Origin: Candidatus Saccharimonadota bacterium
Lineage (GTDB): Bacteria > Patescibacteriota > Saccharimonadia > Saccharimonadales > AWTP1-31
Assembly: GCA_026395435.1 (NCBI GenBank)
Contig: JAPLYT010000003.1
Coordinates: forward strand, 4,024-68,023
DNA length: 64,000 nt
Direction of reading: 5' to 3'
Notes under the pieces: generated by a model
What the model was told of the DNA's origin: nothing
Database searches by the model: none
What the model saw: only the letters and a program-made list of their open reading frames with translations
Shown here: piece by piece, positions 9,419 through 18,848 of the stretch
How the letters are laid out: each line of letters begins with the position of its first letter
Numbering within the stretch: the stretch's first letter is position 1
Translations under genes and position numbers: made by a program

Positions 9419-10220
9419 CGCGCAGCTGCATTTCTTTAACGATTTCTTTACTCAACCAAAAGTCCGAAAACGCATGGTAGTTTTGAAACGTTCTAATCCG
9501 GGCATTTAAATATCGTTTCACCATCGAAACAGTGCTTCTCCAATGCTCAACTCGAGTTTTTTGACTACCTTGGGTCAGGAAATAAATCATCGACTCTTCT
9601 TTTTTGACTCGCAGCTCATCACCCCAATTTTCTCGGGCCTGCAAGACATCTAAAATAGATAGCAGCTCCTGACTGCATAGGTTTATTAGATCTTGCATAT
9701 TGAGTGCCGAAAGGTGCGCCCAGCCTGCTGCTTTGACCTTTTTCTCAAACAAGTTCAGTTCTTCTTTGCGCTCATTAAGCTTGACTAAGTGATTGGCGGT
9801 AGATTCCATTCTTCCGGTCACCGCATGAATTTTTGATCTTCGAGCGGCGGCAAGTCGCTCCTGGGTCATTTCACCGGCGGCGAGGGTTCCTCTGAATGCA
9901 GATTCAGCGAGCTTATCGGGATGCCTTCCGATGAGTGCAAACTCTGCTTGATTGAGTGAAATGCGATGCGAACGTGGATTATCAGGCTCGATCCGGACAA
10001 CCATCAATGTTTTCTCGGGTGGTCTGAATAAGGCTTTTTCAATATCTTGAGTCGTAAACCATGCTTTGTCTTCGGGAGTAAGGTCCGCAAACGTCGGATC
10101 GACAAAATAATCTTCGGGCTTAAGATATCTCCCGAAAGCGACACGTGCAGAGTGTGCCAAATCAGTAGTATCGGGCTGATGTTCTACTGCTGGAAGTATT
10201 GGTTCTTTTTCGGGTGACAT
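9405..10220 (-). CDS. hypothetical protein (271 aa, helical/coiled-coil-like)
   Basis: Long ORF overlapping the dus start by 14 nt. No motif recognised. Confidence 0.5.
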   Translation of the reverse strand: MSPEKEPILPAVEHQPDTTDLAHSARVAFGRYLKPEDYFVDPTFADLTPEDKAWFTTQDIEKALFRPPEKTLMVVRIEPDNPRSHRISLNQAEFALIGRHPDKLAESAFRGTLAAGEMTQERLAAARRSKIHAVTGRMESTANHLVKLNERKEELNLFEKKVKAAGWAHLSALNMQDLINLCSQELLSILDVLQARENWGDELRVKKEESMIYFLTQGSQKTRVEHWRSTVSMVKRYLNARIRTFQNYHAFSDFWLSKEIVKEMQLRDESS

Positions 10221-10318
10221 AAACTATATTATGTCATATTATATATAATTTTAAAATACTTTTAGGCGGCAATTATCCCTTGACGCCATAATATCTCAAG
10301 CGTATACTAATAACAGAT

Positions 10319-11185
10319 ATGAAGTTCACTATCCAAGAGTTTAATCAAAAGTTTCCTACTAGTGACTCCTGCTTGGATTACCTCTGGAAAATGCACTTCG
10401 CAGATAAGCCCTGTATTACCTGTGGGATGTATGACGGCTTTCATAAACTTCCACACCGCCCTGCCTACCAATGCCAATGCGGTAGTCAGCTTTACCCGTT
10501 AGCTGGCACACCATTCCACAAGTCCACGACCGATCTACGTACGTGGTTTCTTGCTATCTTCTTTATGACCAACACTCGCTCAGGTATGTCAGCCCTCCAG
10601 TTCCAGCGCATTAGTGGCGTAACCTACAAAACTGCTTGGCGTATTTTCAAGCAAGTCCGTCTGATGATGGCTGACGACAATAGCCAGCTCAATACTCATG
10701 TTGAAGTAGACGAAGCCTACATGCACCCCAATCCTCAAAAGCGTAGTACCGCTAAGCCACATAACAGCCAAGTTTTATTTGGCATGGTGGAACGAGGTGG
10801 CCGAGCTAGGATTAAGCACGTCAAAAGCTCAGGTACTCGTGTATTAGTTCCTGAAATCCAAAAGAATATTGAGCAGACTGCCACGATCTATAGCGATGAA
10901 CATGGCTCATATCGTTTGCTTAAGAAACGTGGTTATCTGCATCAAACCGTTAACCACGGCAAGCAACAATATGTTATTGGCTGGGTACACACCCAAAACG
11001 TTGAAAACTTCTGGAGCCAATTTAAGCGTGGTATCTATGGCGTTTACCGCCACTGTGATCCAAACTACTTACAGCACTATGCCAACGAGTATGCTTTCCG
11101 ATATTCCAACCGCAAAAACGATACGCCTATGTTTGAGCTAATATTAGGCAAACTCCTTAGCTCACCAACCCCTCTAAACAAGTAG
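10319..11185 (+). CDS. IS1595-family transposase (N-terminal zinc ribbon plus DDE domain)
   Basis: N-terminal Cys pairs (CITCG..CQCG). DDE_Tnp_IS1595-like blocks VEVDEAYM, IYSDEHGSY, NVENFWSQFKRGIYGVYRH, YANEYAFRYSNRKN. I could not define terminal inverted repeats. Confidence 0.85.
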   Translation: MKFTIQEFNQKFPTSDSCLDYLWKMHFADKPCITCGMYDGFHKLPHRPAYQCQCGSQLYPLAGTPFHKSTTDLRTWFLAIFFMTNTRSGMSALQFQRISGVTYKTAWRIFKQVRLMMADDNSQLNTHVEVDEAYMHPNPQKRSTAKPHNSQVLFGMVERGGRARIKHVKSSGTRVLVPEIQKNIEQTATIYSDEHGSYRLLKKRGYLHQTVNHGKQQYVIGWVHTQNVENFWSQFKRGIYGVYRHCDPNYLQHYANEYAFRYSNRKNDTPMFELILGKLLSSPTPLNK

Positions 11186-11201
11186 TGAAATTGATGTAAT
11201 C

Positions 11202-11223
11202 CTGCCCCCGAGGGCGAGGGCAG
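11202..11223 (+). terminator. GC-rich hairpin just after the transposase stop
   Basis: CTGCCC(11202-11207)/GGGCAG(11218-11223) stem with a 10-nt loop. No clear T-run follows, so the terminator assignment is weak. Confidence 0.35.
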
Positions 11224-11304
11224 CATTACGCTTGTGTCAATCTGTTAAATCAGGAATACAGTGGTACCTACCTTTAAGTAATACGGATAGGAGGGTTTGG
11301 CAAA

Positions 11305-12168
11305 ATGAAACTAACTCAAATTCCAAAAATAACCTATAAACAAAAAACCATACTAGGTCTACTGTATACTCATAGATTCCTTACTAGAATACAAATACAG
11401 ACATTCCTAAACCATAAAGATAAAAAGACTATAAACCTATGGCTTAAAGACCTATGAGAAAAAGAATATATAAACTGGATCTACAATAAAGATCATTTTG
11501 CTGAGAAAACTAAACCAGCTATCTACTATCTCGGTATTAATGGCATCCGCCATATGCAGAACATGGATTTCCATCCAAACGAAGAACTGAGGAAACGCTA
11601 CCGAGAGCATGAACGTAGCCAAGGCTTTATTGATCGCTATCTTCTGCTAGCAGATGTCTGTCTAGAGCTTGATGATGAAAGAAACGGTACCTATTACATG
11701 ACAACCTGTCACTACTACGAGACTGAAGCTGACTACCGCAGTGAAATGCGTTACCACTTTTTGAGTGGAAACGAGCTGATCCAACCCGATCTGTGTATTG
11801 CCCAGTCTGAAGGTGACATGGATGATAGCATTGGTGATCCAGACACCACCGTAGCAAGTTACTTATTGGAGATCTTTGATTCTACCTTGCCGCGATACCG
11901 GTTACGTAACAAACTAAAGAAGTACGTGCAATACCTAGAGGAAGAATTAGACGAATGGGACGAGCAGACGGGTGAAGATCCAAGACCAACCTTATTACTA
12001 GTCTGCGCTACCCTTACAGACCTTATATACGCTAAACGCAGAACCAGAGGACTAATGGCCGACATCTGGGAGTATGACGATGAGGATAGACCACATATTC
12101 GATTTAGCACCATAGAGAAACTTAAAGAACATGGAGTGCTCGCTGGGGAGATTTGGGAAGAGGCTTAG
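11305..12168 (+). pseudogene. replication-relaxation (Replic_Relax, PF13814-like) protein gene interrupted by an in-frame TGA at 11455-11457
   Basis: ATG 11305 (GGAGGG upstream) gives MKLTQIPKITYKQKTILGLLYTHRFLTRIQIQTFLNHKDKKTINLWLKDL, then TGA. The same frame continues EKEYINWIYNKDHFAEKTKPAIYYLGINGIRHM into the tracked ORF 11554..12168 (..PDLCIAQ..SYLLEIFDSTLPRYRLRNKLKKYVQYLEE). The N-terminal wHTH and the PD..E..D/K core match the plasmid replication-relaxation family layout. Confidence 0.6.
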
Positions 12169-12176
12169 TTTTAGCC

Positions 12177-12782
12177 TTAGGCGACGTTTTGATTTGGCTG
12201 TTCAGGCGCAGGAGGTTGTTGTGCAGGATAAACTTGACCGTTGAGTGTAATGTCATGACCTGCCGCATTTGCATCTTCAATGGCAGCAGCTTCATATCCG
12301 GCTCGGTTTTGTTTTAAGTGCTGCTGTGCATCCCAGAGATTAGCACTGCTCTTCGTAGTAGCATCTTCGATCGCATCCATAGATTCATCAAGTGGTCGCC
12401 TTATATCGTCCATGGCTTCCTGGGCTTGTTGGAGTTCGCGTTTACCATAATTACTGAGAGGGCTAACCTGCGCATGTAGCTCATCTGAGGTTTCCTTTGC
12501 CGCGTCAAAGCTGCGCACGAGCTTACCCTTTCTTAGCAACTGGCTTGTCTTTTCATCCTCATGAGTCCCATGATTCCTATAGTAGTTTGCTGCCATTGCA
12601 GGAAGAGGATTGCCTTCTGTGTCGACTATCTCACCCGGCCTCGCGAGCATAGAAGCCTCGACTCCTTCATCGCCCTTTCTGTCTACACCTTCGTCAAGCA
12701 TCGCTTTAGCCTTTTGTGCGACTTCAGCGTCAAATTGCTCTCCATCCATTTGGCCACTTGCAGTTGGGGGTGTTTCACTCAT
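12177..12782 (-). CDS. hypothetical acidic protein (201 aa)
   Basis: Long ORF with AAAGGAAAC upstream of the ATG. No motif recognised. Confidence 0.5.
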   Translation of the reverse strand: MSETPPTASGQMDGEQFDAEVAQKAKAMLDEGVDRKGDEGVEASMLARPGEIVDTEGNPLPAMAANYYRNHGTHEDEKTSQLLRKGKLVRSFDAAKETSDELHAQVSPLSNYGKRELQQAQEAMDDIRRPLDESMDAIEDATTKSSANLWDAQQHLKQNRAGYEAAAIEDANAAGHDITLNGQVYPAQQPPAPEQPNQNVA

Positions 12783-12799
12783 TTTTGTTTCCTTTTATT

Positions 12800-12829
12800 T
12801 GTCATCTTAAACCTTAGTTCAAGATGACA
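12800..12829. promoter_or_regulatory. perfect 9-bp inverted repeat (TGTCATCTT / AAGATGACA, 12-nt spacer)
   Basis: Read directly. It lies 18 nt upstream of the ATG of 12177..12782 (minus strand). On the plus strand it is followed by TTTTTAT. It could be an operator, a 5'-UTR hairpin or a terminator. Confidence 0.35.
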
Positions 12830-12938
12830 TTTTTATCTTAGTTAGATGGGTGTATGCTATCACGCTCCCGCTTATCTGTCAATTTGATGTCTTCTCATCA
12901 ATTTGCAGAACAATGTTTTCGATCAAGCGCAAACAATT

Positions 12939-13085
12939 CTATGTCTTTTTTAGTATTTTCTTTATAACCCGATTGAATTTCTCTTTGCCACCTGGATGCC
13001 CTAGTTGCACTTTTTCCGCTTTAATATTTTCTTCTACTTTCTTTTGCCATTCTTTGTCATGATTTGTTGGTTTTGCGGATTTCAT
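12939..13085 (-). CDS. candidate small basic protein (48 aa)
   Basis: My translation: MKSAKPTNHDKEWQKKVEENIKAEKVQLGHPGGKEKFNRVIKKILKKT. It is below the ORF-track size cut-off and fills an otherwise empty gap. Confidence 0.25.
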   Translation of the reverse strand: MKSAKPTNHDKEWQKKVEENIKAEKVQLGHPGGKEKFNRVIKKILKKT

Positions 13086-13149
13086 AAACCTAGTATATAC
13101 CGAATAATTTAGCTATTTAATAACTATGGCTTGAGGGTATAATTGCCTT

Positions 13150-13956
13150 TTAGGCTTGGTATTCGGGCGTATTGAGGTATGCGCTCAAGGGCACTTGCTC
13201 GTATTGAGGCTCTGCGACCCGATGTTGCTTTAGATGATCTTGATGCTTTTGTTGAACATTGCGCCAAAACAGTTCCCTACTCCAGTAGTTTTGGACAGCT
13301 TCATCATATATCCCAAGCAAGTTGGTTTCTGTCAAAGTGTGTAGATACTCTTGAGCTTGGTCTTTGGCCTGGGCCATTTTATGAGTCCAATGTTCCTGGA
13401 TCCAAACACGTTTACCATTTTCGTTGGAATTTTCACCAACAAAACTAGCTAGATTGACCACATACATCGTGAGAGCATTGACCGCCACGTCAGAAGAAGT
13501 CAATGAATCTCTTGAATATGTTCTATCGGGATTCAGACCTTTGAGCAGTTCGGCTTTTTTGCGTAGGGAATCAATCAGATATTCGTTGTATTTACCCCGA
13601 AGTTTGGTTTCGGCTCCCATCGATGAAAAGCTCGCCCAGTGACGGACCAAAGATTCTGCGACATCGGTTTCGCTGTATTTTTCTTTGACTCTTTCTTTGG
13701 CATGCAATTTCGTTTCACGGGCATGTGGTTCTGGAGTTTTTACGACAATGGTATTTTCGCCAGCCGTCTGTGGCACCCAAAGATTCTTCACCCTTTTGTC
13801 AAAGCCCGTGGTGCGTTTCGTGGTCGCAAGATATCCGGTTCGTTTCTTTCGATTTCGAGCTGCTTCTTTTGCTCGATTGATATCGTACACTTCTGGTTGA
13901 CTTGGCAAACCATCAAACAAAAACGATTCTTGATTGTAATTACTACGCTTAGGCAC
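13150..13956 (-). CDS. hypothetical protein (268 aa)
   Basis: Long ORF with a GTG start preceded by GTGGAG and a TATAAT-like box. No motif recognised. Confidence 0.5.
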   Translation of the reverse strand: MPKRSNYNQESFLFDGLPSQPEVYDINRAKEAARNRKKRTGYLATTKRTTGFDKRVKNLWVPQTAGENTIVVKTPEPHARETKLHAKERVKEKYSETDVAESLVRHWASFSSMGAETKLRGKYNEYLIDSLRKKAELLKGLNPDRTYSRDSLTSSDVAVNALTMYVVNLASFVGENSNENGKRVWIQEHWTHKMAQAKDQAQEYLHTLTETNLLGIYDEAVQNYWSRELFWRNVQQKHQDHLKQHRVAEPQYEQVPLSAYLNTPEYQA

Positions 13957-14034
13957 TTAAAAACTCCACTATAATAGCTATATTATACTACTTTTATGGC
14001 TATTTTACAATAATTGCAAATTACGTTCAGACTA

Positions 14035-14439
14035 CTATTCTGGTTTGTTCGTTATGTCACCCTCAAGGGCTTGTCTAGAGGCAGCAATCCCTGCTTCATA
14101 GATCTTTCTTGTCTCATCATCCATGGCCGCGTGAGCTTTAGGATTAGGTAAAACACTGAGCGTACCATCTGCGGGATATACTGGGGGATTTCCTACCCCA
14201 CCAACTGATGGATGGCCAGACCGTGCCTTCTTGCGCTCCTCGGTACTTCCAGGAACGTTATGTATACCGACAACTTTTCTATCCCACCCCTGGTCTATGG
14301 CAGCTTCGGATGGCTGCCTCTCTTGTGGTCCTCGAGCAGCTTCTGCAACCCGTGCAGCATATTCATCTGGATCAGTAGGAATATTTGACTCTTCTGTTGC
14401 TTTAGGTTCATCGGGAAATAGTTGTAATTCGTCATTCAT
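14035..14439 (-). CDS. hypothetical protein (134 aa, Pro/Glu-rich)
   Basis: ORF only. No motif recognised. Confidence 0.45.
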   Translation of the reverse strand: MNDELQLFPDEPKATEESNIPTDPDEYAARVAEAARGPQERQPSEAAIDQGWDRKVVGIHNVPGSTEERKKARSGHPSVGGVGNPPVYPADGTLSVLPNPKAHAAMDDETRKIYEAGIAASRQALEGDITNKPE

Positions 14440-14470
14440 AAAATTATAGTAACCATAATCCTAATAAATA

Positions 14471-14505
14471 ACAACAAATAAAAACGACCCCTGAGTTCGG
14501 GGCCG
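14471..14505 (-). terminator. rho-independent terminator of 14525..14722
   Basis: Minus strand reads CGGCCCC-GAACTCA-GGGGTCG (7-bp stem, one mismatch) followed by TTTTTATTTGTTGTT. Confidence 0.55.
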
Positions 14506-14524
14506 TTTACTAACGCAATAAAGC

Positions 14525-14722
14525 TTATTTGTCGCGCTTGATGGTCAAGAAACCATTGCGTGGGTTTTCGTTTACAGAGAATCCGTCGGGTAGGTCAGTT
14601 GCCTCTGGGCGAACGTCTTTGCTGAAATAATAAATTCGTTGTTCTTTGCCGCCACGAAGAACGACCATCTTTGAGTTCAAGTGGTATGTTACGCCTTTTG
14701 AGTTTGTGTGATTGTAAGCCAT
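14525..14722 (-). CDS. small hypothetical protein (65 aa)
   Basis: ORF followed by a terminator. Sequence MAYNHTNSKGVTYHLNSKMVVLRGGKEQRIYYFSKD.. No assignable function. Confidence 0.5.
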   Translation of the reverse strand: MAYNHTNSKGVTYHLNSKMVVLRGGKEQRIYYFSKDVRPEATDLPDGFSVNENPRNGFLTIKRDK

Positions 14723-14929
14723 GCTTATCTCCCTCTACTTATCATTTAATACTGCACCCCTAACATACTCTGGTGGCTTTTAGCTTGTCAATACTCTTTT
14801 GCAGTTTTTACAGTGGTGTACCTCTGTTAATTTTGTATATTTTTCTTGAGGTCAGTATCAATTTAAAAAGAGTTGAGTAAGCTTATTTTGTTTTTTTATC
14901 AATAATGTTGTATAATTGCAATTATTACT

Positions 14930-15322
14930 ATGGATTTAGAAAAATTACCCTCAGTTAAAGACTTTGAAGACACTATGGAGCGGAGCCAACATATTGTTCC
15001 CGTTGGTCTTTGTATTATGCAATTTGAGCCAAATGCTCAAGATCCTTTTTACGCAATGCCGATTGCTCATGTAGTTGCTCGGGTTGTAGAGAACGTTCAA
15101 CCCGTTCAAGTTCTCCGAGATATGCGGTATTTCCAAAGATTTGGCATGATCATTACGAGCGAATGCACATTGGTCGAGCCTATAACCAATGCAAAATTAT
15201 TTGAACGTACCGATCATGAGCTTTGGAGTAATTTTATGGACGAGCACGGTGGAATACCGGGGATTGGCTTAGTGGACCATCTAAAGGCCATAGGCCCTAC
15301 AGATCTCGAAGTTCAGCCTTAA
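14930..15322 (+). CDS. hypothetical protein (130 aa)
   Basis: ORF with TATAAT 13 nt upstream of the ATG. No motif recognised. Confidence 0.45.
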   Translation: MDLEKLPSVKDFEDTMERSQHIVPVGLCIMQFEPNAQDPFYAMPIAHVVARVVENVQPVQVLRDMRYFQRFGMIITSECTLVEPITNAKLFERTDHELWSNFMDEHGGIPGIGLVDHLKAIGPTDLEVQP

Positions 15323-15908
15323 CCCAACGGTCCAGCACCAGCCGAATCACAAAGAATGCTAGTGACACGCTGGTAATTACCAAGCTCCAGCCAGCAAGAT
15401 CGGGCGACCAGCCTGGTGACACAAAATCAAACTTATAGAGTGCATCAGGAATTGATTTCTGGGCAACGCCTTTACTATCGATGTAATTCTTGATGCACGG
15501 GATTCGGCCGCTTCCGGAAAGCCCCACAGGAAATTGTCGTTCACATTCTGCTTGAGCATCGGTATATATCTGAGAGTTATCTTTACTTACCCGCTCTTGC
15601 TCGGCTTGCAGGAGGCGTTCATAACGGTACTTAAGCTGAATTGGTGGCTTGATGGCATTCTGTCCGCTTGAGAGGCTTGTATTCATGTGTCCGTACATAA
15701 ATGTTCGAAGCTCACGAAGAGCTGTTTCGATGTCTCCATTGGCTTTATCGACAGCAATCACGTTGTCACGAAGTTCGAGGGCTTTAAGATTATTGGCCCG
15801 CAAAGACAATACACAAATGACTCCAAAAACAATTGCAATCACCAAAGGAATGGCTGTATTGATATGCTGGAGAATGCGTGAAAAGTGTCGGAAGAATGAT
15901 TTATCCAT
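15297..15908 (-). CDS. membrane protein, N- and C-terminal TM segments
   Basis: ORF 15297..15950. Likely start MDKSFFRHF at 15908. TM helices AIPLVIAIVFGVICVL and LVITSVSLAFFVIRLVL flank an extracytoplasmic domain. Confidence 0.5.
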   Translation of the reverse strand: MDKSFFRHFSRILQHINTAIPLVIAIVFGVICVLSLRANNLKALELRDNVIAVDKANGDIETALRELRTFMYGHMNTSLSSGQNAIKPPIQLKYRYERLLQAEQERVSKDNSQIYTDAQAECERQFPVGLSGSGRIPCIKNYIDSKGVAQKSIPDALYKFDFVSPGWSPDLAGWSLVITSVSLAFFVIRLVLDRWVKAELRDL

Positions 15909-15950
15909 AATGTTTACCCTTATTATGCCTGAGAGGTACGCGGGCGACAA

Positions 15951-17171
15951 CTACCGTATATTAGCGTCTAAGGCTTTGAATTTTTCGGTCATAATAAGCA
16001 ATGAGGCTAGTCCGGCGACTATAAACCCAGTAGTGAGGGTCGTATGGGCTCCAATCCCCCCACTAACGATCACCAGAAGCCACCACATGGTTGCTTTTGC
16101 AAAACTCGACATGCCTTGTACGATGCTTATGTATACAATTCTATGACCAGGAAAATCATCTGCGGTATCATAGAAACCTTTCACGAATGGCATCCGATAG
16201 CCAACCGTTATAACTTCATTTATCAAACTGGCCCCCATAGCTACGGGGTATGTTGAAATAAACGGACGTACAAAGTGCAGTACTGCATTCCCGCTGGCAC
16301 CAGCTCGAAGTAGTTTTCGGCCATAGCGCTTATCGATCAATGAGCCAATAGCGTAGGTGCCAATCAGCGACATCGCCACAGAAACCGATGCCAAGATGCC
16401 GACTTTTGCGAACACAGATCCGTCGGTAACCACAAACAGTCCGAGGTACAGTGGCCACAGAACTATGCACAACGTATTTTCGAGATTTAAGCCAATCGCT
16501 GGGAGAATGTTGGATCTGAAAATTGTATGAACCGGAAAATCTCGATATGACAATGTTTGACGCAAACGAGTTGGCTCTTTGGTGCGAAGCAGAAACCAAC
16601 CGCCTGCAAACATCAGAATAAGAGATATTAAGAAGATGTATTGGGCACCAAACACTGTTGCCACTAAGCCACCGAGCAGTGGGCCAATCACGGCACCTAT
16701 CTTCTCCATTATCTGCTCATATCCAAGCTCTTTGCCACCGTGTTTTTTGTGTTTAATCTTCGAAAAATCCACATCAAAGGCGATAAAGAAGAAGCTAGCT
16801 GCACATCCCCAGATCATTCCCAATAGCCACACCGGCCAGTGGAATTGTGGCAACGTAAGAAATAATAGTGTCGATAACGCTTGGAAGACTTGTCCAACAA
16901 TGAGTGTGTGTTTGGGGCCATAGCGGGCCACACTATGGGCAGCCACAAAATCTAACCCTACCCGAGCGCTAAAATAAAAAGCATAGACCATTAAAATTTG
17001 GGTGACCGTGAAATCCAGTTTAACTAAATAAATCGGTACGAAGATTCCGGCCATCCCAATCGAAATTCCCCGAAGAAGCATGTTTACATACACTTCGCTG
17101 AGCTCATCGAAGTTCATGGTGCGCCAGTAATGCTGTTTTTTAAGTATTTTATGGATATATTTTCGTAACAT
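15951..17171 (-). CDS. MFS-type transporter
   Basis: About 12 predicted TM helices across the ORF. The start is trimmed to MLRKYIHK (17171) to avoid overlap with the upstream gene. Confidence 0.65.
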   Translation of the reverse strand: MLRKYIHKILKKQHYWRTMNFDELSEVYVNMLLRGISIGMAGIFVPIYLVKLDFTVTQILMVYAFYFSARVGLDFVAAHSVARYGPKHTLIVGQVFQALSTLLFLTLPQFHWPVWLLGMIWGCAASFFFIAFDVDFSKIKHKKHGGKELGYEQIMEKIGAVIGPLLGGLVATVFGAQYIFLISLILMFAGGWFLLRTKEPTRLRQTLSYRDFPVHTIFRSNILPAIGLNLENTLCIVLWPLYLGLFVVTDGSVFAKVGILASVSVAMSLIGTYAIGSLIDKRYGRKLLRAGASGNAVLHFVRPFISTYPVAMGASLINEVITVGYRMPFVKGFYDTADDFPGHRIVYISIVQGMSSFAKATMWWLLVIVSGGIGAHTTLTTGFIVAGLASLLIMTEKFKALDANIR

Positions 17172-17190
17172 GTGAGCTTTGTACTTTAGG

Positions 17191-17850
17191 CTACTGTTTT
17201 TGCTCTGGTTGCGTGCCGACCGCTGGAGTTGCTGCTGTCGGGCTACCCTGGAAGACGTCCTTGATGGCATTTACCATTTCACCAATTTCATTATTAGGCT
17301 TGTTTAGTGGCACGCCTAGGAACGTAGCGATCTGAGTCGCTTCGTTCTCGAGCGGTGATACCCCTATACCCGTGTTTGCAAAAGAAAATCTACTGCTATT
17401 GGTGGAGTTTGTAATTTGAATTTTCTGATTATTGTTTTGGACCAGTGAAAGATAACTTTGCATCTGAGAGCGACGTCGGTTATCTGAATCAATATTGTCT
17501 GAAATTCGCACTATAAGTTCAACAGATGTAATCGATGCTAGGCTTATTTCGGTAACTTCAGTTTTGCCCCCAATGATACGGGTAGTGGTCACACTGCTGG
17601 GACCCGATTTATCCAAAACAATGATTTTCTTTTGGGCTTTCATGATCACAAAAATCCCTGCCACACAAACAATGCCCAGGATACCTGCTACCCATATTGG
17701 TGTCGGTTTGCCAGAGTTTGAGTTGATACTTCCAGTGACAATTGCTACTGCAAAGATTAAGCCAATGACAGTCATAAGCACACCAACTATTAGATTTGTA
17801 ATACCGGAATCGACGAGTTCTAACTTAGTTTCTGTTTGTGTTATTTTCAT
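17191..17850 (-). CDS. membrane protein with two N-terminal TM helices
   Basis: TM helices LIVGVLMTVIGLIFAVAIV and IWVAGILGIVCVAGIFVIM, then a soluble Ser/Asn-rich domain. No motif recognised. Confidence 0.5.
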   Translation of the reverse strand: MKITQTETKLELVDSGITNLIVGVLMTVIGLIFAVAIVTGSINSNSGKPTPIWVAGILGIVCVAGIFVIMKAQKKIIVLDKSGPSSVTTTRIIGGKTEVTEISLASITSVELIVRISDNIDSDNRRRSQMQSYLSLVQNNNQKIQITNSTNSSRFSFANTGIGVSPLENEATQIATFLGVPLNKPNNEIGEMVNAIKDVFQGSPTAATPAVGTQPEQKQ

Positions 17851-17921
17851 ACTGTAACTATACCAGAAAACACACTATGAGCTTATGCTAAGTTACAGAT
17901 ACAATTCACAGTCGAAACTAA

Positions 17922-18695
17922 TTAGTCGTTATAATTTTTTTCGAGACTACCAATTACTCGCTTGTATTCATCGGTTGTTTGATTCCAATACCCTTTAAAT
18001 GGGTTATCTAAGTCTAAAATCAAGAACCGAAGTAGGCCTAAGAAAAAGAATAGTGCGAATGAAAAATAAGCCTGGTACAAGGTGTTATTGAAAGGCATGA
18101 TAACAACCATACCCTGAACGACAATAAGTAGTAGCTCGACTAATCCTTTGAGAATGTCAGGAAGCCGTGTTGTTGCTTGCCCAATTCTCGTATTTCGAAC
18201 TTCTGATAAATCTGAGTAGTCATCGAGTAATTGCCCGAATACAACGCTATCGTGATCATCATTAAAATCGATATCATTTATAGAGTGTGAAATTTCTCGA
18301 AATGCTGTGCTTGCCTTCGGGCTTCTCTTGCCAGTGGCGTTCGACTCAAAGTTATCTTCAACAATACAATTCAAATAGCTGATAACAACTTTTTTAAATT
18401 CCGCTTCTTTTTTACTATCCCGTAAGTATCGATACGTTCTGAATAGTCGTTCGCAGCCTGTTGCCTCTTGAATAATACTATTCCCGAGATCGGTAAACTG
18501 TTTCCATGCTTCAAATACAACGAACGCGAGCAAGAGTCCGAAAAGGACACCAAACAGTGCAATGATATTACTGATACTTCCTAATTCTTGGGAGTAGTTG
18601 CTGGTACTCAAAAACTTCCTGGAGAGAAGAGATAGAATTATCCCGACAATTCCCCATCCAAAAGCTCTAATATATGGTGAATATTTTTCGATCAT
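17922..18695 (-). CDS. membrane protein, DUF4239-like
   Basis: TM-helical ends with a central region LLLAFVVFEAWKQFTDLGNSIIQEATGCERLFRTYRYL resembling DUF4239 proteins. Tentative. Confidence 0.45.
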   Translation of the reverse strand: MIEKYSPYIRAFGWGIVGIILSLLSRKFLSTSNYSQELGSISNIIALFGVLFGLLLAFVVFEAWKQFTDLGNSIIQEATGCERLFRTYRYLRDSKKEAEFKKVVISYLNCIVEDNFESNATGKRSPKASTAFREISHSINDIDFNDDHDSVVFGQLLDDYSDLSEVRNTRIGQATTRLPDILKGLVELLLIVVQGMVVIMPFNNTLYQAYFSFALFFFLGLLRFLILDLDNPFKGYWNQTTDEYKRVIGSLEKNYND

Positions 18696-18848
18696 ATGTG
18701 TGTTATTCCTTTTACGCTACATTAAATATATACCATTACTTCTGTCTTGTGTATGGAAGTTGCCTGGCTTAGAACGGTAACGACAGGGATTGGCTCACGC
18801 TCTGGGCGTACCTTCTGCCGATCGGACATTTTGTCGTATACTATTCTT

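Noticed and set aside
10221-11304. Terminal inverted repeats or target duplication for the IS1595 element.
   Set aside because: Only short matches were found (CTCAAGCGT/ACGCTTGTG and TAACAGAT/ATCTGTTA), and they are in the wrong relative order for inverted termini. Element boundaries therefore remain undefined.
11455-11457. The in-frame TGA as evidence for genetic code 25 (UGA=Gly, as in Gracilibacteria/SR1).
   Set aside because: TGA ends well-supported genes here (murC at 20142-20144, the kinase at 21512-21514), and all long ORFs are intact under code 11.
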